DNA of 64,000 nucleotides from Takakia lepidozioides (GCA_030704615.1 CM060733.1:63116001-63180000), one strand, 5' to 3'. Numbered from the stretch's first letter, positions 22,690 to 36,628 are shown. Notes: a model not told the origin generated them from the letters alone. Numbers and translations are program-made.

Positions 22690-24400
22690 TGTGAACTAGG
22701 TAAAAAGGTAATTTGGCAAAATTACCTAGCAACCATGGATTCGGTAAACAGTGGCCAAGCTGGAAATAAATCGGCGCTCAAAGAACAAGATCAAGAATTG
22801 AGAGTAGTTATGAGCGGCAGAGTAGGAGTTATCCCCGATAACCACTGCGTAGGAGGCGCTAGCACTAAGGTCTATAGCCTGCTTTGTTGGATTACCGATG
22901 GATTCACCCTAAAAACAGTTGGTTCAGCTCTCTGGTCTAATATTTGGCTGGCATGGGTAAGCTTCGCAAACATCTCACCAAAGCCCAACCTAGCAACTAC
23001 TATGAAATCCTCAGACAACACCTTTTTCTGAATACCAACTCCCCAAATCCTTCCGAAAGAAATCAGGCAAAACGGTGTCCAACCGGGACAGCAAAGGTAT
23101 CAGTTAGGTCAATAACATTTGGGTGAACAACTCACTCAAGTCCTTTGAATCAATAGCAATGTCAGTTGGAAAGGGCAGAGCGGCTATCATGACCTGATTC
23201 AATCCATCCCTCCCCAATGGCTGGCAACCCTTGCCTCTGGTCCCGCAGAGCCTACAAACAACACTTGGGCCCTGGTTATTCTTCAAGGTCAGCTTTCCAT
23301 CCTGTTCGTTAAAAGATATCACCCCGCATCAACTCACTGTTTTTTCCTTCAATATTAACACTACCTCTCTGGTTCTTTCACTTTCCTCTACCCTCCCTCT
23401 GCACATCAAGCCTATCCCCCTTACCCCGGTGCGGATTTGCTGCTGGACTTCCCCAGATAGGTCACTGAACCCCCTGATTGGCAATGAAATGAGTGTTTCA
23501 AATTCAAAGTTTCAGCGCAAGAGGCATTGTAACTTACGAGTTGATGTCTGCCATAGCAGCTTTGAGAAGACTGCGATCCTTTGGCCCCGCAACCTTCAAC
23601 ACAACACACTCCACGGCGTAATGCCAATCCAGGTCATTGGGGTGGGCTTGGGCTATGTGCTCCATCCATGTCAGGAGGCGATGGTTGCCATCCCACACGT
23701 AAAACATCTTCCCGGACAAGTGGTGGAAAAGAGGATCAGTAGCAATCAATCTCTCGAACTCCTCATTTCGCCTTTGCCAATGGGGAACCCATTTGTCCAC
23801 TCCTCGGAAGTGTGGGCATGAGAAGCTCCGTGGTCGTTCTCAATCGAGACATAAAACGCGGCAGACCCCATTCGATATCCATCCCGGAAAGAGAATTTCA
23901 GCTTGTCGATATCGCCTGGGAGGGCAGGTCTGACCACCTGCAATGATACCAAGCGGCAGAGAGGAATCCGCAGCTTTGCTGGGTAGACCATGCCTCCCAA
24001 GACCTTGCCAATGTTGCTGTGGGTTGCGGCCTGAATGGGGCTAGGCCTTCTCTTAGTAATACTTCCAAGAATCCGGCATAGACATGTCCTCTACCTCACA
24101 AACACGAATTGTACAAGTATCTCCGGCTACGAATCCATGCTAATGCCCTGACTGGCTTTCTCACCTTAAAATCGAGTCAAATTATAAGCCTCCCAATGGC
24201 CTCGGCCTTCCTCGCTCGTATATGTCTCTGGTCGAACCCCACTAAACTATTCAACCCCACAGTCCCGATTGCTTCACCCCTTCTTCCCTGGCTGAAACAG
24301 TACAGTTAATTCACCCTCATTGGGCTCACTGCAACTCGACCCGACATAATGGAAATGAGCATTTGGTAACAACCTCCACCCCTTCTTCCACTAGAAGCAT
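22690..24400 (+). mobile_element. Degenerate L1-like LINE ORF2 3' region (22690-23430 and 24090-24400), interrupted by the ParB exon
   Basis: GSALWSNIWLAW, ILRQHLFLN, YHDLIQSIPPQW and DPT*WK*AFG resemble post-RT L1 motifs. Confidence 0.45.
23538..24060 (-). pseudogene. ParB/sulfiredoxin-like domain exon (one frameshift near 23800)
   Basis: LRIPLCRLV..VRP...DIDKLKFSF.DGY...FYVS...FYVWDGNHRLLTW; ends AAC TC|gtaagt. Confidence 0.75.
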
Positions 24401-25829
24401 TCGTGTCTTTTTCGAATCGACTGCATGTCCGCGACCACTCCGGGAACCACTTGGTAGTAAACGGGACTACTGGAGAGTCGAAACAGACAGTGAATATGTA
24501 GTCGACTCAACGACTCCATGAACCACTGCGCATTCATTGCACCCATGACTCGGCAGCACATTTGCTGACGTGGCTTTCACAAAAAGAGGTAAACAAAATG
24601 TGGCCTTGGGGGAATAGATATTTTAATACATGTTGCCTCCACCTAGCCTGTCTGGCAAGGATGCAAGTGCTGCGTCGGACATGGCGGGACGTGGGAATGC
24701 AAATCCTGACACGGCAAGGCCTTCGTATACTGTGAGCGCGCGTAGTGGCTTCTCAGAACGGTGTGACATCGGGTTCTTGGTCATTCAACATTTACAGAAT
24801 GTGCTGGATGGAGGCACGATGGAGCGCACGGAGAGGTAAAGGCTGAAAGCGTTCATTAAGGTTGTGAACTACAATTATATCATGCCAAACCAATTTTTCA
24901 GTACGCAGATGGTGTCATGAGAGATTCTGCGATTTGCGCATAGGTGGACTTAATTTTGATGTTGACTTGAAGGCAAATGTGACACCAGTGAAACTGGAAA
25001 CTACAGGTAAGATGATGGCGTGCTACATCGCGACATAAACCTGCATTTGACATTCAGGCTTAGGATTCATGCAATTTGGTGCTACTCAGGCCTGCACAGT
25101 TCCAGAGCAGAAGTGGGAGCCCATCCCAGGGATGGGGACCTCGTAAGTGCTTCTTCATTTTGTACTCACCTTGTTTTTGCATCGCACTTGTGCTACAAGG
25201 GGCAGAGCCATTCATTTGGCTGGAGGTTCAATTCCTCTACAAGTGAGCTATTCCTGTGTCACTACAATCAGTTAGATGTGTTTGTGGTGGTTGCTGGATT
25301 TGAGGCTCTGGGGTGTCTTGCCAAGTGCTTGCAGGGATCAACGTTAATGTGGACGGGGCAGTACATGTAGCATAAAAGCTCATTCACTGGTGAAGAAGAC
25401 CATGTGCGAACATATGTCATGCTATTGCTTCGAGAGTGCTGTTGTTGGGCAGGTGGGAGAATGGAACAACGGTGAGAAGGAAAGCAAGGGAAGCACAAAA
25501 AGGTGTCGTTCGGTCCTGCTCCTTTGGAGACACCCCCCATTCCACTGGTCTTTGTTTCTGGAAAGCATGCAGATGGGCCAGAAAATGCATGCACACATTC
25601 ACGTCTACTTCCCGTACATGAAGACGATCCTCTCCTCACATGTCAGAAACAATATGGGCAGAACAAAAAAAGGTTTGTTCACAAGACAGTCAGTGACCAC
25701 ATACCCATACATTATCGATACTATTAACTGTCTCGCCCTTGCTTATAAGCAGGACTGTACAAAATGGGTTCTAAGGACAGTAAGAGTCCTTAGCATAGCT
25801 CTCGTCTATGAGCTGCTGGCTTAATGGAC

Positions 25830-28800
25830 ACTGAGATTCAGCTGGGCTCACTATCCATATCCAAATAATCTTCCCCTTCACTACCCACGTCTGCAATTTG
25901 GCGGTAATTACCAACCCTGGAATGTCTTCCTCATTAAAGGTAACTGCTCCTTCCAAAGAGACTGGTTCAGCCGTATCTGGTAGATTTTGTGGTTCCCTCA
26001 GACCCTCGTGGTCGGCATTCTCCCCTAGGTCCAGATCATGGACGTCGGCAATGACTCGTTTGGCCCGGGGGTCCTTGTGAAGAACCACCTTCCATCCCGG
26101 CGCATGGATGTCATCTGAAAAGAAAACTTGCTCAACTTGCGATGGGAAGATGAATGGCTCTTCATCTTGTGGTAGCATTTTTCTGAAATCAGCAAGGAGG
26201 AACCCGTACTCATCCCGTTTCATGGTGGCATTCTCTCCTACCATATTGGCTTTTACCCAAGAACAACGGAATAGAATTGGCTTCACAAGACCATAGTCTA
26301 GTTTAAGGATCTCTTTGATTACTCCTACATATTGCACATGGCATGAAATTGGATTCCGATCTCGTGCACAGCTCCTACTCTCTTGTTCAAAAAATGATGC
26401 CACTCCGCTGTCATAAGTCACCAGGAGGCTGGTGTTGGCATCGTCCACTCTATAGTGATTGCCATATGCTTTCATTGACCGGTACGAAGTGGCAATCAGC
26501 CCTGGGGGGAATGACAGACTCACCATGCCCTCATCTGGGTCCTCGTTCTCTGATGCGTACACTGCAATTGCAGATCTGACCCACACTGTAAAGGGCTGCA
26601 GCTCCTCCATTGTTGTCGGGTACTCCACCGGGGATCTGCGCCTACGACCGCCCCTCCGCCATGCTTTTGCAAAAGCTCTCCGTTCCGTTTTCAGGCGGAC
26701 CTTCTCCGCTGCGTATTTTCTGGCAAAAACCAAATAGAAGCTGCAACTCAGTCCCCCTGACCAACACCGTACTGTACATGCATGCCACATGTAGAGTGTG
26801 TCCTTTCAAGCACATTGTAGTGATGCAGCCTACTTCATGATCACTTGCAAGCAACAACACCAACTACAAAACACCCTCTGTTGTCGTCTGAAGCACCCTG
26901 TTAGTACACGATCCCACTCCCATAGTGGCCGGAATGACTTGTGACAATATATATGTAATTCATGCATACAAAGACCATTAAGAATAGCACAGGAGGGATG
27001 TAAAGTTTACACCCACTGTCTCCATGGTGTCATGGTTGTTGTGTTGTTCAGCACATAATCATGTGCCACATCCCGAAGGCGCGGGCTCATGGCACGCTTT
27101 GTTCCACCACCTTCTAGGACCTCGCCTACAACTCCTTCTTCCTCGTTCTCGTCCCACACCCGTCGTTGTATTGCATCAAATGAAGACATATACTCTGTCA
27201 TGAAGCCCAGGGCTTCGTCGCGGATGTAGCCCTCCGCCATACTCCCCTCTGGCCGTGCCATGTTGCGTACATACCCCTTCAGATCCTTCATGTACCTCTC
27301 CATGGGGTACATCCAACGGCTGGCTACGGGCCCACACACATGCAGCTCCTCTACAAGTTGCACTAGCAAGTGCGTCATGACATCAAAGAATGATGAAGGG
27401 AATTCTTTTTCCAGCAAACATAGGGTCACAGCCACATCCTCATGCAGCGATGTAATGTCCCTCGGATCCCACACCTACGCACAAATCTTCCTAAACACTC
27501 GACTTACACGCATTATGGCTGTTCGAGGACCCGACGCCATCGTACCCCGAATGCACACTGGCAAAATCTGCTGCATCATCACGTGTAGATCATGTGACTT
27601 CATCCCCAACCATTTCTTGTTTATGGCATGCTTTTGGAAAGCACCCGAGAATCCGGTTGGCACTTTCATGGCTCCCAATGTCTTCAAAAATTCCTCTTGC
27701 TCTGATTTGGTCAGGACGTATGATGCTGCTGGCATGAGCACTTTGCTTGGTCTATTTGGATCAGGCCTTAGCCACAGATGTGACCGTATCCCTTCAATCT
27801 CCATGTCCTTTCGTACGTTTATCGTATCCTTCTCCCCAAAGATAGTCTTCAGAATGTTCTCGCAGAAGTTCTTCTCACAATGCATGGGGTCCAGGAGGTA
27901 CCGCTGCAAGAGGTTCTGAAATGCCAAATGTCCTCCCATGAGACCAAGTTCTATGGGCAAAAATAGTAGAATATGGGGCAGAAGTTGTCCATGTTACTAC
28001 ATTCTGCTTTCAACAACTGCACGATCCTCTACACAGTGAGGTGTACGACTTCAACATCTACTGCATAGTAGTTACATTGACTTAGGAGTTGGTGGAAGGA
28101 CTCCTGACAGTAAAGGTAATTCCAGGAAGCACAATGTGAAAGAAAGTGAGTGAATGGGGGGGGGGGGGATTCATGCACCTTCCAGTATGGCAAATCCCAA
28201 AGGATTGTCCGGCGCTTCACCCCGTGCGACATGGCTGGATCCGCACTACTTCCTTCTCTCCCTCCAATCTCCATGAACGCCTCTTTCTCCTTTGCAAATT
28301 GCAATGTCTCCTCCGGTGTCACAGCATTTGGTGTCATTCTCTTTTCAACACATCCATTGAAGTGTCGGCCTGCTCGTCGGTAGGGGTGGTTTCTTGCAAG
28401 GTAACGTCGATGCCCCATGTATATTGTCTTCCCTAATGGCTTTGAGTGCCGTGAATCCACATAGGGCCCACAAATGGGGCACCCTTTGTAGCCCTTCGTC
28501 TTGCAACCCGCAACAAGGCCATATGCGGGGAAATCGTGGATTGACCACATGAGTATGGCACGGAGGGTGAAACTCCGTTGCCCTACTGGTTTCAAAATGT
28601 CGTAAGCTTCAACTCCAATCCATAGGTCCTGTAGCTCTTCAATCAATGGTTGCAAATACACATCTATGTTTGCATTTGTCACGGACTCCTTGCCTGGAAT
28701 CAAGAGAGACAACATGACAAAGAATTTCTTTGTTGTCAACCATGGTGGCAGGTTGTATGCCACCAACTGCACGGGCCATGTGGACCATGTGCAACTCTTT

Positions 28801-29927
28801 GATCCGTATGGATTTACTCCATCTGTAGATACACCCAATCGCACATTGCGTGGGTCCTCGGCGAAATCGAGCCAAGTTGCATCTATATGCTTCCATGCAA
28901 GGGAATCTGGGACATGCCTTACCAAACCATCGTTTGAGGCATTCCTGGAATGCCAAGTCATGAGCTCACTAATGGTCTTGCATTTGTACATTCGTAATAG
29001 ACGGGGGATAAGGGGAAAGTGCCTCAACACCTTGGCTGGCTGTTGTAACCTGCCCACATCATGGTATCGGGCTGCACCGCATTTGGGGCACTCCATAGCG
29101 TCCTTGTACTCTCTTCTGAAAAGTACATGTCCTTTTGGACATGCATGTATTTTCACGTAGTTGAGGCCGAGCTTCCCAATCATTTTGTTGGCCATGTGAC
29201 AGCTTTTTGGCATTTCATTTGGTTGTGGAAGCAAGTTCAGCCGAAGCAAAGAGAACAACTCGTCCACAAAATGGTCTGACACACCGTGGGTTGTGCACAG
29301 GTTCATCAACAGCATGCTGGCAGCAAGCTTTGTGGATTTGCATCCCTCGTACAGTGGCACACATACTTCTTATAGTGTCATGTGTGCAGAATTCTCATTT
29401 CCATCTCCACCTCCTTCCACGCCTTCCCCCACGTGAATGCCTTCATTTCCTGCGTCATCACCATCCCCAGTTGTCGTAGCGCCGTCCCCCTCTTCAGCAT
29501 CGTCCATGATGTGGAATGCTTCCTACAACATTCGAGTAATCTCCACCCCTCCGTCCATGCCTGGTTCCTGTCCTGCGCCCATGACATAGTCCTCGTCTGG
29601 CCTGTCTGTATGGCTCCCTCGGGGGTGTGCATTGTCCAATTGTGCCCACTCCTCATCGTCTTCGTCTGCAGGTCCATCTCCAATCCACACCCGAAATGCT
29701 TCATGTCTTTTGTGGTGAAGGAGATGTGTGCGCACACCGTCCTCAGATCTACTTGTAGTGCCCAAACAACGTTCACATGGGCATGGCATCCTTGAAAGCC
29801 CAAGGGCTCGGGCACGTGCCACTTCTCTTTCCCACAACCTGTCATCCCGGTTGTTCTGTCTACAGGGGTGATTAATTGGAAGTCCTCCGCATGGGCGAGG
29901 GGAACTCATTTTTGTTGGGGAACTCAA
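25830..29927 (-). mobile_element. CACTA/EnSpm transposase pseudogene (Transpos_assoc, Transposase_21, DUF4218, DUF4216)
   Basis: MPCPCERC..VRTHL; IHACPKG; PRNVRLGVSTDGVNP; HDFPAYG; LDPMHCEKN; MKSHDLH; FFDVMTHL..WMYPMERYM..PEGSMAEGY; EPFIFPSQVEQVFF. Confidence 0.95.
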
Positions 29928-29995
29928 GACAGACAGGAGAGAGAAGTGGGTCTATGGGCATATCAGAATTACAAGAGCACACCAAAAGACTGGAG

Positions 29996-32900
29996 TCTTC
30001 CTAGTCAAAGGGGGTTCGAGGTGAACCCTTGCGCAAGGAGATGCCAAAGGCGGCATCATGAGCGATCGCAAGCAATGTTGTGCAGTAAGGCGATTCGATC
30101 CTCGGGGAGGATCATTCCTTGGCCTTGAAGTAGGCCAAGAAGAGTGCACTGGGAGGAGCTTGAGAGGCTCCACCCCTGGCCTGGACTTAGAGGAAGTCGG
30201 CCGAACTAGCTAGTGGAGAGTATAGTCAAGTGTGGAGTTTGGTTCTTCGCCATGAGATGCCATGGTACGGAAACAAACTCCTTGATGTGGGACGCCACAA
30301 CTTGGATGTTCGTTTCTACAAAATGGACAAGTCGATGAGGGACATCGACTCCCTGTTGGTAGGGGTGTGTGTCGCAGCCCTTTGCCTTGAGGGCAGGGGG
30401 GTCGGGACACATGAGGGGCTGCCCCTGTGGTGGGGGCAGTGGCAGCGATAGGTACGGGGGGCTGAAGCACCCTTGGGTGCCCAAAGCACTCAAGGAGGCG
30501 GAGGTGCTCACTAGGTGGAGCCCCGCACACCGGGATGCGGTGGGGGTGGCTTCATAAAGGGGTGGTGGTAGCTTAGTGGGACTTAGTGGGGGTGGCATAG
30601 GACTCACCATGGGGGCGGAGACCTCGTGATGGGAGTCGTGGGAGTCTTGGGACTCAACATGGTCCATAGGGGCCGTGGTGAGTGGGCCAAGACTCACCGC
30701 GACTCATCACCGAGAGTCGAGGGTTTTCGTGGTGGTTCGCCATAAAATGGCATGGCTGGTTGTGAAACCCCCGTGGACAGCTACAGAAGTATATATAGGG
30801 AGTAGTAACCCCGAGAATGGTGCAAGCCCGTTGGTGACCAAAAACTAGTGAGTAAGCGAGCGAGCCGGAAAGCGACCAAAGAGTGCGGAGCTGTTCCGGA
30901 CTGCCAACTACCAAAGGGAATTCCCGCTGGGCCCAAATCGGTGGAGGGTTCTTTGAGAGATCAAATGGGGACCGTTATGCCCCGGTGAGCAGCCGAAGAT
31001 CCAAGTTGGTCGGGCGGCCAGGTTGGGAGTTAGGCGCGCGCATCAAAACGAGTAACTATGACTTGAAGGGGAGCTTACCGAAGTGAGGTGTGCGACAATG
31101 ACGAGTCTGAAATGACGAGCACCAGAATGTAACCTCTGAAGACATCCCTCCGGCAAATGGCAAAAGTGGATGGCAGTTAGGTTTTCATCCCTCCCTCTCA
31201 ACGAATGACAAATCAACCAAAAACGTAGGCAACTACTCTTGTGAGTTGTATCAGGAAACTGGCCCCCTACGTAAAGGGAGTCAGTATTGTTCGTGAGTGG
31301 GAAAATTTCCGGAACTAACGTGTCGTTGTTGGTGGACACAGGAGCGTCGCACTCCTTCATGACACCGGCAACGGCACAAAAGTTGGGACTCCCGACAAGT
31401 GATGTGGGGGCCTCTATTGAGGTGCGTTCTGCCAAAGGAGAACCACAATTGGCGACGAGGTTGGCGTTCGATGTTCCTCTTCAGCTCGGGAGTTGGGAGG
31501 GACATAAGAACTTCACCATTTGCAAGATCGATGGAGTGGATCTCATTTTGGGAATGACATTTTTGAGCAAATCTGGAGCGGTCATAGATGGCCGCAAGAA
31601 AATAGTCACGCTACCGTGTGGGAATGGTGGCGAAGTTTTAAGAGTGTCGGAAACGCCCAACCCAGTGGGAGGGTGAATAAACCTGTTGTCAGCAAAGGAG
31701 TGGGCCGTGGAGGAGCCACACGAGCCCCAATTTTTGCTTTACGTAAGACAAGTGAAGGGAAAAGGCGATAGGGAGCCGAGCCCAGATGGGATCAAGGGGA
31801 TTTTGGAGAAATACCAGGATGTGATGCCGGAGGATTTACCAAGCGGCTTGCCACCGCGAAGAGGAGTTGACCACAAGATTGAGGTGATACCGGGATCGGA
31901 GCCACCTGCCAAGGCACCCTACCGGTTGAGCCACAGAGAGTTGGTCAAGCTGAAGAGTCAGCTCAAGGATCTAATGTCAAAGGGGTACATCTGGCCGAGT
32001 AAGTCACCTTACGGAGGCCCGGTGCTATTCGCAGACAAGAAGGATAGGACGCTGCGGATGTGTGTCGATTACAGGGCTCTAAATAAGGTGACTATAAAAA
32101 ACCGGTACCCATTGCCAAGGATCGACGACCTCTTTGATCGGTTGGCAGGAGCGAAGTATTTCAGCTAGATCGATTTGCGCTCCGGCTACCATCAAATTTG
32201 AGTGGCAGAAGGAGACGAGGAGAAGACCGCGTGCAGGACAAGGTATGGTTCATATGAGTTCTTGGTGATGCCTTTTGGGCTCACCAACGCACCCACGACC
32301 TTTAGCACGCTAATGAACAGCCTTTTCCAGGAGTGGTTGGATGACTTTGTGATCGTGTACATCGACGACATCTTGGTGTACTCGAAAACAAAGGAAGAGC
32401 ACCCGGGCACCTCCAAAGGGTGTTCCAAAAATTGCGGGAAGGGAAGCTGTATGCCAAAGCTTCAAAGTGCGAATTCAGGGTCACAAAAGTGGAGTTCCTG
32501 GGGCATGTGATTACACAGGATGGGATCAAAATGGATGACAGAAAGGTGAGGGCGATCTTGGACTGGGAGCCTCTGACTTTGGTCCCGGGAGTGCGATCTT
32601 TCCTAGGACTCGCCTCCTATTACCGGAAGTATGTGAGAAATTTCGCCAAGATCGCGGGGCCGCTGTTAGACCTCTTGTGTAAATCCAAGGTCTGGGTATG
32701 GAACACCTTTTGTGGCCAAGTTTTTGCCGAGTTGAAGCAGCGGATGGCGGAAGCTCCAGTCCTCAAAATTCCGGAGTTCGACCGTCCATTTGAGATCCAT
32801 ACAGATGCGTCGGACTTCGCAATTGGGGGTGTACTCATGCAGGATGGACGTCCAGTGGCTTACGAAAGCAAGAAACTGAATGAAGTGGAGCGATGGTGGC

Positions 32901-35900
32901 CTACGCACGAGAAAGAAATGAAGGCGGTGGTGCATTGCCTTGAGCTTTGGCGCCACTATATTGGTTCCAACCCGGTGAAGGTGTTCACGAACAATGTCAC
33001 GGCGAAGTATTTTGCCACACAACCTAAGTTGTCCCCAAAACAACTTAGGTGGCAAGACACTTTGGCAGTGTTCGACGTGGATATCCAGTATAAACCGGGA
33101 CGGGACAATGTGGTGGCCGATGCTTTAAATAGAAAGCAGCAGCTCATGATGGTGTACAGGGGCGAGACGGCGTTCCAAAGGAAGATCCGGAAGGCTTACC
33201 GAAAGGATGAGATGACGAAGTCCGTGATGCGGGACTTGAGGATGGGGGTTAAATCACAGTTGCACTTGCAAAATGGACTGCTCCGGTACAAGCAAAAGCG
33301 TCTCTACGTGCCGAAGGGAGGGATCAGAGATAGTCTCTTAAGAGAATGTCATGATGGTCCGCTTGCGGGCCATGGTGGAGCCAAGCGCACCGCGACACTC
33401 TTAAAGAAAGAGTATTTCTGGCCCAAACTGAGGGAGGAGGCCAAGGAGTATGTCAAGACATGCACCACATGCCAACAAAACTGGAGCGAGTACAAAAAGC
33501 AAGCGGGGCTGTTACAACCCTTGCCGATTCCAGAGGGGTCTTTGGGAAAGTGTCTCGATGGATTTCATGACTGTTATGTCGTTGTGAAAAAGATTCGATG
33601 CAATCATGGTGGTGGTGGATAGGTTCAGTAAAATGGGCCATTTCATCCCCACCAAGGAGAGGCAACGGCGCAGGTTTTACTTCGCCCACGTCTTCAAGCA
33701 TCATGGACTCCCGAAGGATATTGTCTCGGACCGCGGTCCAAAGTTTACAAGTAAGTTTTGGAGGGCACTTTGGAAGAAAATAGGGACGAGGCTCAAAATG
33801 AGCACCGCCTTCCGACCTACGACGGACGGCCAAACGGAAAGGGTGAATTCCGTGGTGAAGCAGATCTTGCGGAATTACGTGTCGGCAGACCAATCGGACT
33901 GGGTGGAGCACTTGGATGTGGCAGAGTTCTGTTATAATAACACAAAACATTCCGCAATGGGAGTTTCCCCCTTCGTATTGGTTTATGGAAAAGCACCTCT
34001 GGTGCCGACAAGTTGGGCCGCCCAAGACGTTGAGGAACCGGCAGCAGCGGCAGTGCTGGAAGAACGCGAGCGTTTGTTGAAGCTCGTAAAGTACAACATT
34101 GCCAAAGCTAGGAAACAGTATGAACGAGAGGCAAATCGGAAGCGGAGGGAGGTTAAGTTTGAGGCAAGCACGGAGGTCTGGTTGAACATCAAGAATTTTT
34201 GACTACCTCCGGAAGTGAGTCCAAAGTTCGTACCTCCGTATGCGGGACCCTTTCGCATCCGGAAGGTTATGAATGAGGATGTGTATGAATTGGAGCTGCC
34301 GACAAACAGCAAGGTGCATCCGGTATTCCACATCTCCCTTTTGAAGCCTTACTTCAAAGATGAAGCGCGTCCGAATCGGCATCAAGTGTTGCGTCCACCA
34401 CCTATGCTGTTAGATCATGAAAATGAACCTAAGTACGAGGGCAGTGTTTAGGTCGAGGCGGTTCAAGAATTGAGAAATGGAGTATCTCGTGAAATGGAAG
34501 GGCTATCATCATGTGGAGGCATCTTGGGTGCGTGCCTCAGAAATGGAAAACGCATCCGAGGTGATTGCAGCTTTCGAAGGGCGACCTCAAAAGCGGAAGA
34601 AGCGTTGATGGGGACATCAACCTTGGAGCGTGGGGGAGGAAATGCATGCTTAGTCCGGCTTAGCTAGCTTAGGAATCCGATTGCAAAAACTTGTATTGTA
34701 CAAATTTTGTTATAAATGAAATGGTTTCCAAATGTTGTGCTTCCTATTTTGTTTGAAATGGTGATGCATGGTATGGTTGGCTAGTGTGTAGAATGCATGC
34801 TAGCTTACAAAAGTGGGAGAGGTAAATTAGGTTAATCATGTGTTTGTGTAGTGCCGAAATCGAGTGACTCCCACCCAAGGGGCAAGGAAACTTGCGCCTT
34901 CTTTGGGAGTTCACGTGCTAGTGCAAACCTGACGCGTGCGCGTACTATAACTGCGCTACCGAGGGGGTTGTGTTGTAGTGCGGGCTAACGCGGATGCTAC
35001 GTGCTTCCGTTCACGTACTATAATCGTGTAGCCTCGGGACGAGGTCGTAGTGCGGCTTCGGCGTGTTCTCATACCTCAGGCCAGCATTCCAAGGCAGACC
35101 CAACTGTAGTGATTGGGGCGCACGGTTGGTTCAAGGTTATCTTCCTAGTCAAAAAGGGTTCAAGGTGAACCCTTGCTCAAGGTGATGCCAAAAAGTGGCA
35201 TCACGAGCGGTCCCAAGCAAATGTTGTTGCAGTAAGGCGATTCGATCCTCGGGGAGGATCGTTCCTTGGCCTTGAAGTGGGCCAAGAAGAGTGCACTGGG
35301 AGGAGCTTGAGAGGCTCCACCCTTGGCCAGGACTTGGAGGAAGTCGGCCGAACTAGCTAGTGGAGAGTAGAGTCAAGTGGGGGTTTGGTTCTTTGCCATG
35401 GGACGCCATGGTACGGAAACAAACTCCTTGATGTGGGACGCATCAACTTGGATGTTCGTTTCTACAAAATGGACAAGTTGATGAGGACATCGACTCCCTG
35501 TTGGTAGGGGTGTGTGTCGCGGCTCTTTGCCTTGAGGGCAGGGGGTCGGGACACGAGAGGGGCTGCCCTTGTGGTGGGGGCGGTGGCAACAATAGATGCG
35601 GGGGCTGAAGCACCCTTGAAGTGCCCAAGGCACTCAAAGAGGCGGAGGCGCTCACTAGGTGGAGCCCCACACACCGGGTTGCGGTGGGGGTGGTTCCACG
35701 AGGGGTGGTGGTAGCTTTAGTGGGACTTAGTGGGGGTGGCATAGGACTCACCATGGGAGACCTTGTGGTGGAAGTCGTGGGGAGTCTTGGGACTCATCAC
35801 GGTCCAATGGGGCCGTGGTGGGTAGGCCAAGACTCACCACGACTCATCACCGGGAATTAGGGAGTAGTAACCCCGAGAACGGTGCAAGCCCGTTGGTGAC

Positions 35901-36288
35901 CAAAAACTAGTGAGTAAGCGAGCGAGCCGGAAAGCGACCAAGGAGTGGGGAGCTATTCCGGATTGCCATCTACCAAGGGGAATTTCCACTAGGCCCAAAT
36001 TGGTGGAGGGTTTCTTGGAAGAGTGAAGGGGGACCGTTATGTCCCGGTGAGCAGCCAAAGCTCCGAGTTGGCCCGGCGGCCAGGTTGGGAGTTAGGAGCA
36101 CGCATCAAAGCGAGTATCTATGACTTGAAGGGGAGCTTACCGAAGTGAGGTGTGCGACAATGACGAGTCTGAAATGACGAGCACCAGAATGTAACCTCTG
36201 AAGACATCCCTCCGGCAAATGGCAAAAGTGGATGGCAGTTAGGTTTTCATCCCTCCCTCTCAACGAATGACAAATCAACCAAAAACGT
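29996..36288 (+). mobile_element. Chromoviral Ty3/gypsy retrotransposon, decayed, with no recognisable gag
   Basis: LVDTGASHSF (protease), YIDDILVYS (RT), TDAS (RNaseH), integrase, chromodomain EYLVKWKGY..SW at ~34480-34570, PPT at ~34622-34640; direct repeats 29996-31228 / 35141-36288. Confidence 0.93.
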
Positions 36289-36628
36289 AATAGCCCATAA
36301 TTGGGGTTCTCGTTTTTTGGCGGGGTGCTTGCGGGCTGTCTCGCAGAGAACTCGACACCTGTTTGCCCATGCAAGACACTTAAATACAGGTATGCCACGC
36401 ATCCATATTTGACATAAGGGGTTCGACCCACAGCGTAGTTACTGAGGATGTGGCATCTGCAAAGTCGGCCGCAATTCTTGCCTGTCAGAATCTTGTGTCC
36501 GTCGGTCTGTGATCTGACATCAATGGGATAAAATTCTCCAGCATCTGTCAGAGTCAAAGCTGGCTACTAAACAACATGCAAAGTAATAATTTGCCTCAGC
36601 ACCTTCAGTCGGTGGATCCACTGAGACA

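Noticed and set aside
18460-24060. Bacterial contamination as the source of the ParB and MTase sequences
   Set aside because: Both are split by GT-AG introns, share an intron position between MTase copies, and are interleaved with plant TEs.
23538-24060. Host sulfiredoxin gene
   Set aside because: It has DGNHR rather than the catalytic GCHR of sulfiredoxin.
24400-30000. CACTA terminal inverted repeats enclosing both the transposase and the ParB exon
   Set aside because: No CACTA...TAGTG pair with a TSD was found, and L1-like DNA separates them, so physical linkage is unproven.
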